The notes below the pieces were generated by a model. It did no database searches. It worked only from the letters and a program-made list of their open reading frames with translations, and was not told where the DNA came from. A stretch of 64,000 nucleotides of DNA from Promethearchaeota archaeon (GTDB taxonomy: Archaea > Asgardarchaeota > Lokiarchaeia > Sigyniarchaeales > SOKP01), in NCBI GenBank assembly GCA_048940645.1, contig JBHLOI010000005.1:1-64000 (forward strand), read 5' to 3'. Every line of letters starts with the position of its first letter. Positions within the stretch are counted from its first letter, which is position 1. Positions 48,092 to 58,183 of the stretch are shown here, in pieces. The position numbers were made by a program, and so were the translations under genes.

Positions 48092-48487
48092 ATGACTGAG
48101 GAAAAGAAGAAAAGGTTAAAGGGATTTGCTGGAGTAGTAGCAAAACAAGTAGAACCGTTAAATAATATCGAAAAATTTAAAGAGGATTTTAAGGATACTG
48201 AACTCAAAATTCTATTAAATGCAAAAGATGGTAAATATGCGGCCTTATTAGTAATTGATAAAGGAAAAGCATATGTTGAGAGTATCGAAAATAAACCAAA
48301 AGAAAATATAAAAAAGAAGGTAGTTGGTTGGGATGGATTATTACAAGCGAAAACTGAAATATTTGTGGATTTGTTAGGAGGAGAAGACATTTCAATGGGA
48401 AGTATAGTTGGAAAAGTCCTTACAGGGAGGATTAAAATAAGAGGAATAAAAAAAGTATTGGTTTTACTTAAATTATTTGAATACTAA
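48092..48487 (+). CDS. SCP2 (sterol carrier protein 2)-like lipid-binding domain protein
   Basis: DGLLQAK..IFVDLLGG...VLTGRIKIRG pattern characteristic of SCP2 domains. Confidence 0.7.
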   Translation: MTEEKKKRLKGFAGVVAKQVEPLNNIEKFKEDFKDTELKILLNAKDGKYAALLVIDKGKAYVESIENKPKENIKKKVVGWDGLLQAKTEIFVDLLGGEDISMGSIVGKVLTGRIKIRGIKKVLVLLKLFEY

Positions 48488-48532
48488 AAGTATCAATTCC
48501 AAATTTTCTTATTAATTCTTGCTTTTAAAATT

Positions 48533-48958
48533 CTAAATTTCTAATTTAAATACACTAATTAAAGGGAGTATTTTTTCTTTTAATTCTTCTGGATTTGCAT
48601 CCTTTATAGATTGAATTAATACATTTTTATCTTGTTCTGAAATTTCATGAAATCTGTCTAAAAATAATCGTAGGTATATTATCTTCTTCGAAGGGGTTTT
48701 TTTAATATTCGAAATTAAATTATCAAGAACAACTGAAATAGAGTCTGTTTCACCAGACTCAGATGTACAAACACTTTCTTTCGAGAAACCCTCCTCGTGT
48801 AAAATTTTATGTTGCTTTATAATATCGTTTGTTATTTCAATAAGCATTTCCTTTCTGGATAATATTGGTAATTCAGAAAGATTTTTTTCTATTTCGAGAT
48901 TTTTTTTATCAATAGATTTAATGTTTGAGAGAGTTTCATCAAGCTTATCTTTTTCCAT
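48533..48958 (-). CDS. Hypothetical protein
   Basis: 141-aa ORF filling the gap between genes; no recognisable motif. Confidence 0.6.
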   Translation of the reverse strand: MEKDKLDETLSNIKSIDKKNLEIEKNLSELPILSRKEMLIEITNDIIKQHKILHEEGFSKESVCTSESGETDSISVVLDNLISNIKKTPSKKIIYLRLFLDRFHEISEQDKNVLIQSIKDANPEELKEKILPLISVFKLEI

Positions 48959-49018
48959 ATAATAAATTAGTTTTGTCTAAGTTTTTAAATTTTTCTTAAT
49001 ATATTTATAGTTAGGATT

Positions 49019-49762
49019 ATGAAAAAGCAAGTTGAGCTTAAATTAATAGGGTTTCAAAAGTTTATTGATTATAAATTTAACAATTCTGAAATTCTGCTTC
49101 AGGCATTAACAACTCCGCAATTTGGAAATGAAAACGATTTGCCTCATTACGAGATTCTAGAAACCTTAGGAGATGCGGTTATTAAATTGATTTTTAGTCT
49201 TAAAATCTATAATAAAGGAGAGGTAGATCCCGGAAAATTAACTCGAACTAAACAATGTTTAGAAAATAATCGCACATTTTCAAAAATTGCCTTAAATATG
49301 AAGCTAAATAATTACATTTTTTCCTCTAAAAAGCAAACTATTGAAGGTACTTCTGTCCTTGCAGATGCTTTTGAAGCAATTTGTGGGGCTATTTATATCG
49401 ATTCTAATTATAATTTAAAATTAGTGGAACAAAAAATCATAGATCGTTTCATAAAAAATTGGGATCTCTTTATAGAAGAATCATCTAATTTTTCTAAGAA
49501 TGAGTTGTTAGAATTTTTACAAAATAAGTTAAAATTAACTCCTAGTATTACATATGAGTATGAGAAATTAGGACCCCAACACAATCTTCGATGGATTGCT
49601 AAAAATCCTAAAATTTTAGATCAGAATGAAGAGGAGATAATAAAGATTCCATTAAATTTAGAATCTAGGCAATTTAATACTAAAAAGGATGCTGAAAAAG
49701 AATTAAGCGAAATTATTCTTAGGTATTTACAAAAAAATAGTAATCTATTTGAAGAAGTTTAA
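49019..49762 (+). CDS. rnc: Ribonuclease III with putative C-terminal dsRBD
   Basis: LLQALT, YEILETLGDAV (signature), LADAFEAICGAIYID, KNELLEFLQ...GPQH...KKDAE. Confidence 0.85.
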   Translation: MKKQVELKLIGFQKFIDYKFNNSEILLQALTTPQFGNENDLPHYEILETLGDAVIKLIFSLKIYNKGEVDPGKLTRTKQCLENNRTFSKIALNMKLNNYIFSSKKQTIEGTSVLADAFEAICGAIYIDSNYNLKLVEQKIIDRFIKNWDLFIEESSNFSKNELLEFLQNKLKLTPSITYEYEKLGPQHNLRWIAKNPKILDQNEEEIIKIPLNLESRQFNTKKDAEKELSEIILRYLQKNSNLFEEV

Positions 49763-49970
49763 AAATTTTATATTAGACTCATTTTATGGATTAATTAAAG
49801 AAATGGCTCTAAAGTTCTATTTTATTAGAATCTGAAGGTTTAAAAAATTAAAAGCATTCATTTAAACCTAAGAATATAAAAAAAGAAATTAAGATAATTA
49901 CATTATTAAATTATAATAATTTTAAAAATTACTAATCTCACTGTAATTTAAGCTTATTAGGTAAAAAACC

Positions 49971-51149
49971 ATGTCTGAAGATTCTAATATGAAAAAAAGC
50001 CCGGAAATGGAAAATTATGAACAAGAAACAGGAAAATTGGCAATTTGGAAAGGAAAAGTAAGCAAAGACTTTAAAAAATGGCAACAGAAAAAGCAAAAAG
50101 AAGAGATTAAAAAACAAAAACTAGAAATTCTTACAATATCTCGCGAAGAGAGGAAGCAACTTAAAGAAGATATTAAACATGGAAGAGATATAGGAAAAGA
50201 TTATGCCCATTTAATAGTTGCTGAGAACCTACATAAAACTTACTTATTAGGAACTACAGCCGTAGCTGCACTCCGAGGTGTAGATTTAATTATTGATAGA
50301 AAAGATTTTGTAGATATAATGGGTCCGAGTGGAAGTGGAAAGACTACTTTACTTAATTTAATCGGAGGATTAGACACTCCAACAAGAGGAAAGATCTTTT
50401 TGGAAGGCAGAAATATCTCAATGCTTAATGACAATGATTTGGCTGATATTAGAAAAGAAAGAATCGGTTTTGTTTTCCAATTTTATAATCTTTTACCTCA
50501 AATGACTGCTCAAGAAAATGTGATGGTTCCTTTGCATTTTTCTGGTAAATTAAGTAGGAGAGGTAAGAGAAAAAAGGCACTTGATTTATTAAGGCTTGTC
50601 GAACTTGAAGAAAGAGCTCATCATACCCCATCAGAACTATCAGGTGGAGAGCAACAAAGAGTGGCTATAGCAAGAGCTTTTGCTAACGATCCTGCTATAG
50701 TAATATTGGATGAACCTACAGGAGACCTTGATAGCAAAACGGGAGTTATGATTTTAAATCTTCTTAGAGATTTGAATAGAAGAGGTGCAACATTTATAGC
50801 TGTGAGCCATGATGCAGCAGTTTCAGAGTTTGCCACAAGAGTTTTTCATATGAGAGATGGTAAGTTAACCCATGAAGGAAAAGTGGGTGGTTTAAAAGAA
50901 ACAGCCGCAATGGAATTAAATAGGAAACAAGAAGCTGAAATAAATAAAGAAAAATGCAAGGGCATGATTTTTAGATATTTATTTTCTAATCAAGGTAAGA
51001 CGGAGATAAGTGTAAATGATATTAAGAGTAGTGTTCCAACACCGATTATTATGAATTTACCAGAGCATTTTGATGATATTTTAAGAGAATTATTAGAAAA
51101 TAATAATATTAATGGAAAATTAGAAGGAGATTTACTTATTCTCCAGTAA
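49971..51149 (+). CDS. ABC transporter ATP-binding protein (LolD/MacB-type) with N- and C-terminal extensions
   Basis: GPSGSGKTT, GFVFQFYNL, LSGGEQQRVAIARA, ILDEPTGDLD, VSHD. Confidence 0.92.
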   Translation: MSEDSNMKKSPEMENYEQETGKLAIWKGKVSKDFKKWQQKKQKEEIKKQKLEILTISREERKQLKEDIKHGRDIGKDYAHLIVAENLHKTYLLGTTAVAALRGVDLIIDRKDFVDIMGPSGSGKTTLLNLIGGLDTPTRGKIFLEGRNISMLNDNDLADIRKERIGFVFQFYNLLPQMTAQENVMVPLHFSGKLSRRGKRKKALDLLRLVELEERAHHTPSELSGGEQQRVAIARAFANDPAIVILDEPTGDLDSKTGVMILNLLRDLNRRGATFIAVSHDAAVSEFATRVFHMRDGKLTHEGKVGGLKETAAMELNRKQEAEINKEKCKGMIFRYLFSNQGKTEISVNDIKSSVPTPIIMNLPEHFDDILRELLENNNINGKLEGDLLILQ

Positions 51150-51185
51150 ATTTGTATAATTTTAATTTATAACCCTTTATGATAA

Positions 51186-54100
51186 ATGTTAAATATCAAA
51201 TTAGTATTTAAGTATGCTTTTAAGGATTTAGGAAAGCAAAAAGTACGAACTTCAGTTGGAATTTTCGGTGTAATGATTTCTGTGGGATTATTAGCGATAG
51301 TCTTATTTTTATCTGATTCTATAGCCGTTACCTACATCGATTATATGGCGATTGATGCTGGAAATGCAGATATGAAAATAAGTGTTAGGCATTACCATAA
51401 TGAACCTGAAGATCGATCGAATTATTTTGAATTTAACCCATTAATAGATTCTATTAAATCTAATTTTGATGAAATTGGAAATTTCGTACCACGTATGGAT
51501 TTATGGGGAAATGTAAATATTTCTGAGAGTTTTGAGTCAACTCTTCTTACTAATCAGAGAATATCTGTGTTTATTTCTGGAATTAACTTTACACTAGAAA
51601 ATGATATAAATTTTGGGGCGTTTGTTAAGCCTGAAACGACCCAATTACTTGAATTACCATCTTTACCCTTATATCATTGTGCAATTTACTATAAATTCAA
51701 TGATATTATCAAATATGCTGTTAATGATACAATGGAAGTTAGAATGAGATTAAACCATGGGAATGTGAGTTATTATAGAGTCCAAAATTTTACTATTGAT
51801 AAAATATTTGATTTTCAGTTGAAATTTCCATATTCATATACAAATCGGCCTTTAATCATAGTAGATATTAAGACGCTCTATGAAATTTTTGGCAATGCAA
51901 CCTTTCAAGGTAGATGTAATGAATTGATATTAACTTTCAAAAATGGTAATGAATTTTATGACGCTAGAGATTTAAGTGGATCTAAGGATCGGGTAAGAAA
52001 AATAGCTGGAGATATTCGCCTAATGATTGGAATAAATCAATATAAGGTGGAAGTGCCTAAACTCGAAATTCTCGGATTCTCAGAACTGTTAAGTGTTGGA
52101 ATAACAATCATTTTTGTTTTCGTATCGATGATATCCATGTTAATTTCTGGAGTATTAATTAATGGTATATTAAAAACCTCAGTAGAAGAAAGAATAAGGG
52201 AATTTGGAATTTTTAGAACACTTGGTGCTACAAAAAAATATAATTTATCGATAGTTATCGTCCAAGGATTATTAATATGTAACTTTGGTACAATTTTTGG
52301 TATGTTAGGAGCTTATTTAGCAACTCAATTTCTGATAGTACCCATCGCAGAAAACGTTGCTGGCCAAAGTATTCCTGGTTTAGCAGGAAATTTTGCTTTT
52401 TCTATCTCATTTTGGTCCCTTCTCATATCATATTTGATGGGTCTCATTGTAGGAATTATCGTAAGTTTGTCTCCTGCTTTAAAAGTGATGCGTCTTCAAC
52501 TTATTGAGTCAATTCACCCATATCGCCATGAAGATACACTTTATCACTTACAACAAAAAGCTTCAGTGAATTATAAATTAGTTGTAGTGGGCGTTATATT
52601 AGCAGCAAATGGTGCATTTGTGCTTCTCATAATTCCAAGAATATTAATTTCAGCAGACATGTCGTTAATAGCGGGGGTTTTAATAGCTCTCTTGATTGTC
52701 TTTCTTATTGGAACTACGTTAGCGGGATTGGGATTAATGCCTTTAGTTTTAAGATTCTTCATTCAAGTATTTCGTCTATTTTCTAAGAAATTAGCTCCTG
52801 TTTATAGAATATTTATATTTCGTTATGCAAGACGAAATGCCACGACTACTATTACTTTCGCTTTTACATTTTCTTTTGTCATTTTTACAGCAGCTGCAAT
52901 TCAATTTCTTACTAGTCAAGTTGAAATAGGAGCAAATTTATCATATGGATCAGATTTAGTTATTGAAACTACAGGGTGGGAAGAAGAAGAGGAATTAGAC
53001 CAAGGAGGAGGCCCTTTTGGCATCCAATCTATTATTCAAGGTTCGAATAGTATTTATTATTCTCAAGATATTCCGATTCAGTCTCAGACAACTGAATATC
53101 CAATAAACCCTACAAGAATTCTTACCACTGATTTTGAAGAAGTTTTACTTGGTATTGAGGGTATTGAAAAAGTTTCAAGTGTTATTGCAAGTCCCTCTCA
53201 TCTTACTCAAGTATATTCAGAAGAGGATAAAGAATTCACAGTAGAAATAGGAGATTATATTGGGTTATTTACACAAGAAGTTACTCTATTAGGGATCGAT
53301 GAGGAATTCATATCTACAATAAATACTAATTATATTGAACTTACAAAGGGAGGGATTGACGATTCCTTTGATCAATTATTTGATATTAATAATGGGTATA
53401 CTTGTATTATTTCAGAAAGCTTATCTGTAGATTTGGATTTAACAATAAATAATTTTATCAGTTTATTTATGCAAAAAGGAGAAGAAAGTGAAATATATAC
53501 CTTTCAAATAGTGGGTGTTGCTGCGAGTATGCCAGGATTTTCTGAATTTTTTGGTAGATCAAGTTCAACTGCCCGTATGGGAGGAGTTATGGTTTCACAT
53601 AGTAATTATCTCGATATTATGGATATACCTCCTATCCCTTATGTTGACAAAATTTTTATTAAATTAAGATCAAATGACTTGAGAACATCACAGACAATAG
53701 AGGAATTAATAGAAGATAATTTTGAAAGAGATTATGATTTCGAGGTTACTAACCTTAAAAGAACCGTTATATTACAAACATCATTTTTTTCAATATTAGA
53801 TATATTTTTTACAATAACGCTTGATGCAACAATCATTATTTCCTTATTTGGCTTATTATCATCTTCATATTCCACTATTATAGAAAGAAAAAAGGAAATA
53901 GGTATTATACGAACTTTAGGTTTAAAAGGAAAACAAATTAATCATTTGTTTACAATTGAAGCATTAATTATTATGCTAAGTAGCGGGACTGTGGGAGTCA
54001 TTGTGGGCTGGGCAACAGGATTATTATTATCATCTTCGATAAATGTATTAAGTAATTTACCCAATAGTCCGATTTTCCCCTTTAACAATATGATAACTAT

Positions 54101-54200
54101 ATATTTAGTTTCAATTATCGCAACTTTGATTGGAATGAAAATTTTATTGAGGAAAGTTCGTAAGAAAAAGATTGTAGATATTTACAGAGAAACTATGTAA
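51186..54200 (+). CDS. FtsX/MacB-like ABC permease (two FtsX modules)
   Basis: SVEERIREFGIFRTLG and IIERKKEIGIIRTLG; multiple TMs with two large extracytoplasmic loops. Confidence 0.9.
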   Translation: MLNIKLVFKYAFKDLGKQKVRTSVGIFGVMISVGLLAIVLFLSDSIAVTYIDYMAIDAGNADMKISVRHYHNEPEDRSNYFEFNPLIDSIKSNFDEIGNFVPRMDLWGNVNISESFESTLLTNQRISVFISGINFTLENDINFGAFVKPETTQLLELPSLPLYHCAIYYKFNDIIKYAVNDTMEVRMRLNHGNVSYYRVQNFTIDKIFDFQLKFPYSYTNRPLIIVDIKTLYEIFGNATFQGRCNELILTFKNGNEFYDARDLSGSKDRVRKIAGDIRLMIGINQYKVEVPKLEILGFSELLSVGITIIFVFVSMISMLISGVLINGILKTSVEERIREFGIFRTLGATKKYNLSIVIVQGLLICNFGTIFGMLGAYLATQFLIVPIAENVAGQSIPGLAGNFAFSISFWSLLISYLMGLIVGIIVSLSPALKVMRLQLIESIHPYRHEDTLYHLQQKASVNYKLVVVGVILAANGAFVLLIIPRILISADMSLIAGVLIALLIVFLIGTTLAGLGLMPLVLRFFIQVFRLFSKKLAPVYRIFIFRYARRNATTTITFAFTFSFVIFTAAAIQFLTSQVEIGANLSYGSDLVIETTGWEEEEELDQGGGPFGIQSIIQGSNSIYYSQDIPIQSQTTEYPINPTRILTTDFEEVLLGIEGIEKVSSVIASPSHLTQVYSEEDKEFTVEIGDYIGLFTQEVTLLGIDEEFISTINTNYIELTKGGIDDSFDQLFDINNGYTCIISESLSVDLDLTINNFISLFMQKGEESEIYTFQIVGVAASMPGFSEFFGRSSSTARMGGVMVSHSNYLDIMDIPPIPYVDKIFIKLRSNDLRTSQTIEELIEDNFERDYDFEVTNLKRTVILQTSFFSILDIFFTITLDATIIISLFGLLSSSYSTIIERKKEIGIIRTLGLKGKQINHLFTIEALIIMLSSGTVGVIVGWATGLLLSSSINVLSNLPNSPIFPFNNMITIYLVSIIATLIGMKILLRKVRKKKIVDIYRETM

Positions 54201-54218
54201 GAGGTAATGGACTGAAAG

Positions 54219-57200
54219 ATGTTCAAAAATATTAATAGAAAAGTATTAATTATCGGCATTTTAATTATGGTTTTTAATCCAATTTTAATTGTAAACTTTT
54301 TAAATTTAAGTTCTAAAAAAACCGTTAATAATGTCTCAGAAGATAATGTATTAAAAGCAGCAGATATTGCTGGCACTGATTTATATGCTGAAAGAATTAA
54401 TGCATTTGTTGCTGGTAATAAGTCAATAATTAAGCAGTCTCTTTTCACTAATGATACTAATATCTTACCCCATTTTGATCTCCGAGATCCAGCCTTTTAT
54501 CAATGCAATCTTTTATTTAGCGCATCAAATGGGATTACTCCAAATATTTTTCCAAGAGTTTTAAATGAAAATGGGTTTTCTTATCAATATGAAATGTGTT
54601 TTAATGGTTTTTCTGGATTTCTTTATTATGATGAGAAGCTCGATGAAGACGACGCAAAAATAAGAGCGAATAGAGCCCTTGAAATAATTAGAAGAAAATT
54701 TGCGATTGACTTAATTTTGATAAACGTTTCAGAACCAAATTTTTTCCCTTTCATAGGACATTATCCAGATTGGAAGATTTTCTTACATGAATTAACAACT
54801 AATTTACCCATGGATGGTTATTGGAAAGCTTTAGATATTAACCGATTAACAAGTGAAGAATATTTAGTGAATCATCATATCTCCTCTACGTTTTTTCTAT
54901 TAAATTCATTAGACTTCTTTGAAAAAGATCTTTTTGAATCAATAAATCAAGTAGATTTCAATTTAGATTCATTAGATTTATCATTTATCTATAGTTTAGA
55001 AATTGAGAATCTTTTTGAACAATTTACAAATATAGATTTTGAAACGATTTTTGGTAATCTCTCACAATTTATAGGAGATAATCAAACCATTTCACAAGAA
55101 GATGTTGAAGAATTTAGTGAATTTTTCGATATTTTCTCATTGTCAAATAAGTCGCATTATACAAGTATAATGATACAATATGAAGGTGTAGAAGAAGCTA
55201 TTCAGAAGGTTAGTAATAATCAATATAGGTTTAATTTATGGAATGCTTTAAATTATAGTGGAGAACCATTGCGGCCAAGTGAGAAAATATTTATAGCATT
55301 AGCAGGAGCCTTTATGAGTGAAATAGATATTACCATATTATGTTCTGATATTATTGATACCACCCCCGAGTATTTTGATTTATATGATTTTTTATTAGAA
55401 CAAATAGAATTGATTTTATTTTATGCGGGGGTTGATTTTGATATTGATACTGTAAGAGACTATACTTTTGAATTGTTTTGGGTTGATAAAGGTGGAATAA
55501 AACAAAATTATATTAAACCTGTAAATTTAGATGATCCAACTGATTTTATTAACTTCTTGCCCATTTTAGGAGTTCAAGGTCTTCCAAGTATTCCAACTGG
55601 AATATTCGACCCAATCCAAGAATTTATTGTAACTTATCTTATCAATACTTCTGAACCCAATATAATGATTAGAAAAGAATTAGTAAATGAAAATGCTTCA
55701 TTCGGAGTATATAAGGATTTTTCATTTAATATCACCGCTAAAAACATTGGAAACGAAACATGTTGGGGCGTTCCAACGCAATTTCCCTTAGATCTTGATG
55801 ATTTTTTAAGTATTATAATATTACCGTTAATAGCACTCGACATCCTTGATGTTGATGATTTTAAAGATGATCTTTGGCAGTCGGTAGAAGACCTATATCC
55901 AAATCAATATGATTCTTTAGAAGATTTTTTTAATTGTGAAGAAGATCCACGCATTTTCTATTTTGATACACTGGGTTTGGGATTAATTGATACATATTAT
56001 CCAAATATAAACAATGTGTCAAATCTATGGCCTTATAATGAGAATGCTGATGCTGTGTTAGCTGATACCTTCACTACTAATCAAATCTATAATATATTAG
56101 ATCTAGAAGAATCACAAGAACTTTTTACAAATGAATATAGCATTTGGAATGCAGAAAATTGGAGATTAGAGCCTGGTGAAAAAATTTCCTATATTTATTC
56201 TAATTTTTCTATAGATGCTTATGATTCCTATACGGAGTTCTATAAATATAACTTCACCATTAAAGAGAGTATTCCTAAGCTCCCGGTTATCATTTCTGGA
56301 TTTTCTATTATGGGTACCAATCCTTATATGGCATTGACTAACGATGAGGAAAGCTGGGTTATTGAAGCAGAAGAAAAGTATCTAGATCAATATGATTTAG
56401 AACTTGTTTTTCTCTTTCAGAATCATACTAATATAGATTTTACCAATAAATCTTTAGATAGCATTTCAATTAGTATAAATTACACAGGTCCCTTCGATGT
56501 AATAGAATTAGAAGTGTTTAATTACTCAGTTGAAGAATATCAAAATATTAACCCCTATTTAACATCTAGAGATAATAATACGTCTACATTTTCCTTTACA
56601 AATGTAAATGGAGATTTAAATTGGATCTTTGACCCATATGCTCCAAATAATTATACGATTATTATTAGAATAAAAGGGACAGATTCAAATGTGTTTAATG
56701 TCTCTATTAATGATTTTAATATTCATTTTTTATATCGAGATATTAACGAATATAAAGGACAAAGTTCAAGAATAATATACTCATCAACGTCAGGGAAGAT
56801 TCAATATGTCAGAAGATCTAATTCTATTTCACTTAGCACTCATAATATGAGTTCTATCATAGCGTTTTCGCAATTAAGTAATTATAATTTAAGAGTAGGG
56901 GATTTGAATACATATACGTTACATTTTCAAAATATAGGTACCAATATTGCCCAAGCTGTAAATATTTCGATCTTAATTCCAGGGATCATACAAGATAATA
57001 ATAATTTTACTATCAAAGATAATTATTTAACCTATTTCTTACCTGAACTTGCCCCATTAGAAGAAAAAGAGATTAGTTTCACGTTCTATGTCCCTAATTC
57101 TGAGTCCATATTTTCCACTGTAATTATTTACAAGGATTCCCAATTAATTGCTAATCTTAATAATAGTGAGCTAAATGCAAAACCTAATGAAGTCTATTTA

Positions 57201-58178
57201 TCTGCCTTAGTTGATTATTATGATTATTTTCCTTTTGTTCATGCTTTAGAGATTTATCTCAACTCCTCAAACTTGGCACCCTCAATTGGAGGTTTATTTA
57301 ATTTATCTCTAAACTTAAAAAATGTCGGGCCATCTAATTTTTCTATAGAGGAAATTAATTTTACTCTAGGGGATCAGTTTGGTGATCTTATTTATGCTAG
57401 TCCTAATCATTCTTTAAGTCTTAAAAATATTGAATTTAATAATATAAGAACTATCAATTTTACTTTAAAAAAGAATGATTGGAAAGGTTATTATTATCCT
57501 TCTATTGCTTATCTTGATAATAAAGATAACAGAATCTTTCAAATTTTATCCTCAACTCCAATTGTTTTAGGTAATATTTCATTCTTAATCTCTAAATCTG
57601 TGAGCCAAAATCAAATAGAAGTTGGAGAAATTATTACTGTAAACGTTACTATTGTAAATACAGGAACAATTTGCGTAAAAAATGTTACATTAAGTGATAT
57701 AATTAGTTTTAATCAAATAGAGTTTACGCTTATTGAAGGGAATTTAATTAAAATGATTGAACAACTTGAAGCTAATGAAACTATCTCGATTTCATATAAA
57801 ATTAAAGCAAAAACTCAATCACTAGTTACATTAAAACCAGCAAGTATAGAATATTATTTTTTGTCAAAATCTAAAGAAATTTCAAACCAAATTATGGTAA
57901 AAATTATAATTCCTACGAGAATTCAACTTTATTTTACTTTTATTCCCTCATTGGTTTCATTATTAATTTTGATATACTTTATTTGGCGTACTCGTAAATA
58001 TAGAACAAGGAAATATGAAATTCAAAGAAGTGAGATGGTGCTTTTTAAAAAAGGACCGCGAGAATCAATTCTGAAAATCGAGAATACACTAAAAGAACAG
58101 TTAGCAAAACTAGACCAGGAAAAAAATAAGATTCCTAAGGTGACTGATAATACTACAAACAATGGAGGAGGTGAATAA
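54219..58178 (+). CDS. Large secreted, C-terminally membrane-anchored surface protein with Ig-like (CARDB/DUF11-like) repeats
   Basis: N-terminal signal/TM; repeats such as FNITAKNIG, YTLHFQNIG, LSLNLKNVG, VNVTIVNTG; many NxS/T sequons; C-terminal TM plus basic tail. Confidence 0.8.
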   Translation: MFKNINRKVLIIGILIMVFNPILIVNFLNLSSKKTVNNVSEDNVLKAADIAGTDLYAERINAFVAGNKSIIKQSLFTNDTNILPHFDLRDPAFYQCNLLFSASNGITPNIFPRVLNENGFSYQYEMCFNGFSGFLYYDEKLDEDDAKIRANRALEIIRRKFAIDLILINVSEPNFFPFIGHYPDWKIFLHELTTNLPMDGYWKALDINRLTSEEYLVNHHISSTFFLLNSLDFFEKDLFESINQVDFNLDSLDLSFIYSLEIENLFEQFTNIDFETIFGNLSQFIGDNQTISQEDVEEFSEFFDIFSLSNKSHYTSIMIQYEGVEEAIQKVSNNQYRFNLWNALNYSGEPLRPSEKIFIALAGAFMSEIDITILCSDIIDTTPEYFDLYDFLLEQIELILFYAGVDFDIDTVRDYTFELFWVDKGGIKQNYIKPVNLDDPTDFINFLPILGVQGLPSIPTGIFDPIQEFIVTYLINTSEPNIMIRKELVNENASFGVYKDFSFNITAKNIGNETCWGVPTQFPLDLDDFLSIIILPLIALDILDVDDFKDDLWQSVEDLYPNQYDSLEDFFNCEEDPRIFYFDTLGLGLIDTYYPNINNVSNLWPYNENADAVLADTFTTNQIYNILDLEESQELFTNEYSIWNAENWRLEPGEKISYIYSNFSIDAYDSYTEFYKYNFTIKESIPKLPVIISGFSIMGTNPYMALTNDEESWVIEAEEKYLDQYDLELVFLFQNHTNIDFTNKSLDSISISINYTGPFDVIELEVFNYSVEEYQNINPYLTSRDNNTSTFSFTNVNGDLNWIFDPYAPNNYTIIIRIKGTDSNVFNVSINDFNIHFLYRDINEYKGQSSRIIYSSTSGKIQYVRRSNSISLSTHNMSSIIAFSQLSNYNLRVGDLNTYTLHFQNIGTNIAQAVNISILIPGIIQDNNNFTIKDNYLTYFLPELAPLEEKEISFTFYVPNSESIFSTVIIYKDSQLIANLNNSELNAKPNEVYLSALVDYYDYFPFVHALEIYLNSSNLAPSIGGLFNLSLNLKNVGPSNFSIEEINFTLGDQFGDLIYASPNHSLSLKNIEFNNIRTINFTLKKNDWKGYYYPSIAYLDNKDNRIFQILSSTPIVLGNISFLISKSVSQNQIEVGEIITVNVTIVNTGTICVKNVTLSDIISFNQIEFTLIEGNLIKMIEQLEANETISISYKIKAKTQSLVTLKPASIEYYFLSKSKEISNQIMVKIIIPTRIQLYFTFIPSLVSLLILIYFIWRTRKYRTRKYEIQRSEMVLFKKGPRESILKIENTLKEQLAKLDQEKNKIPKVTDNTTNNGGGE

Positions 58179-58183
58179 AGACA

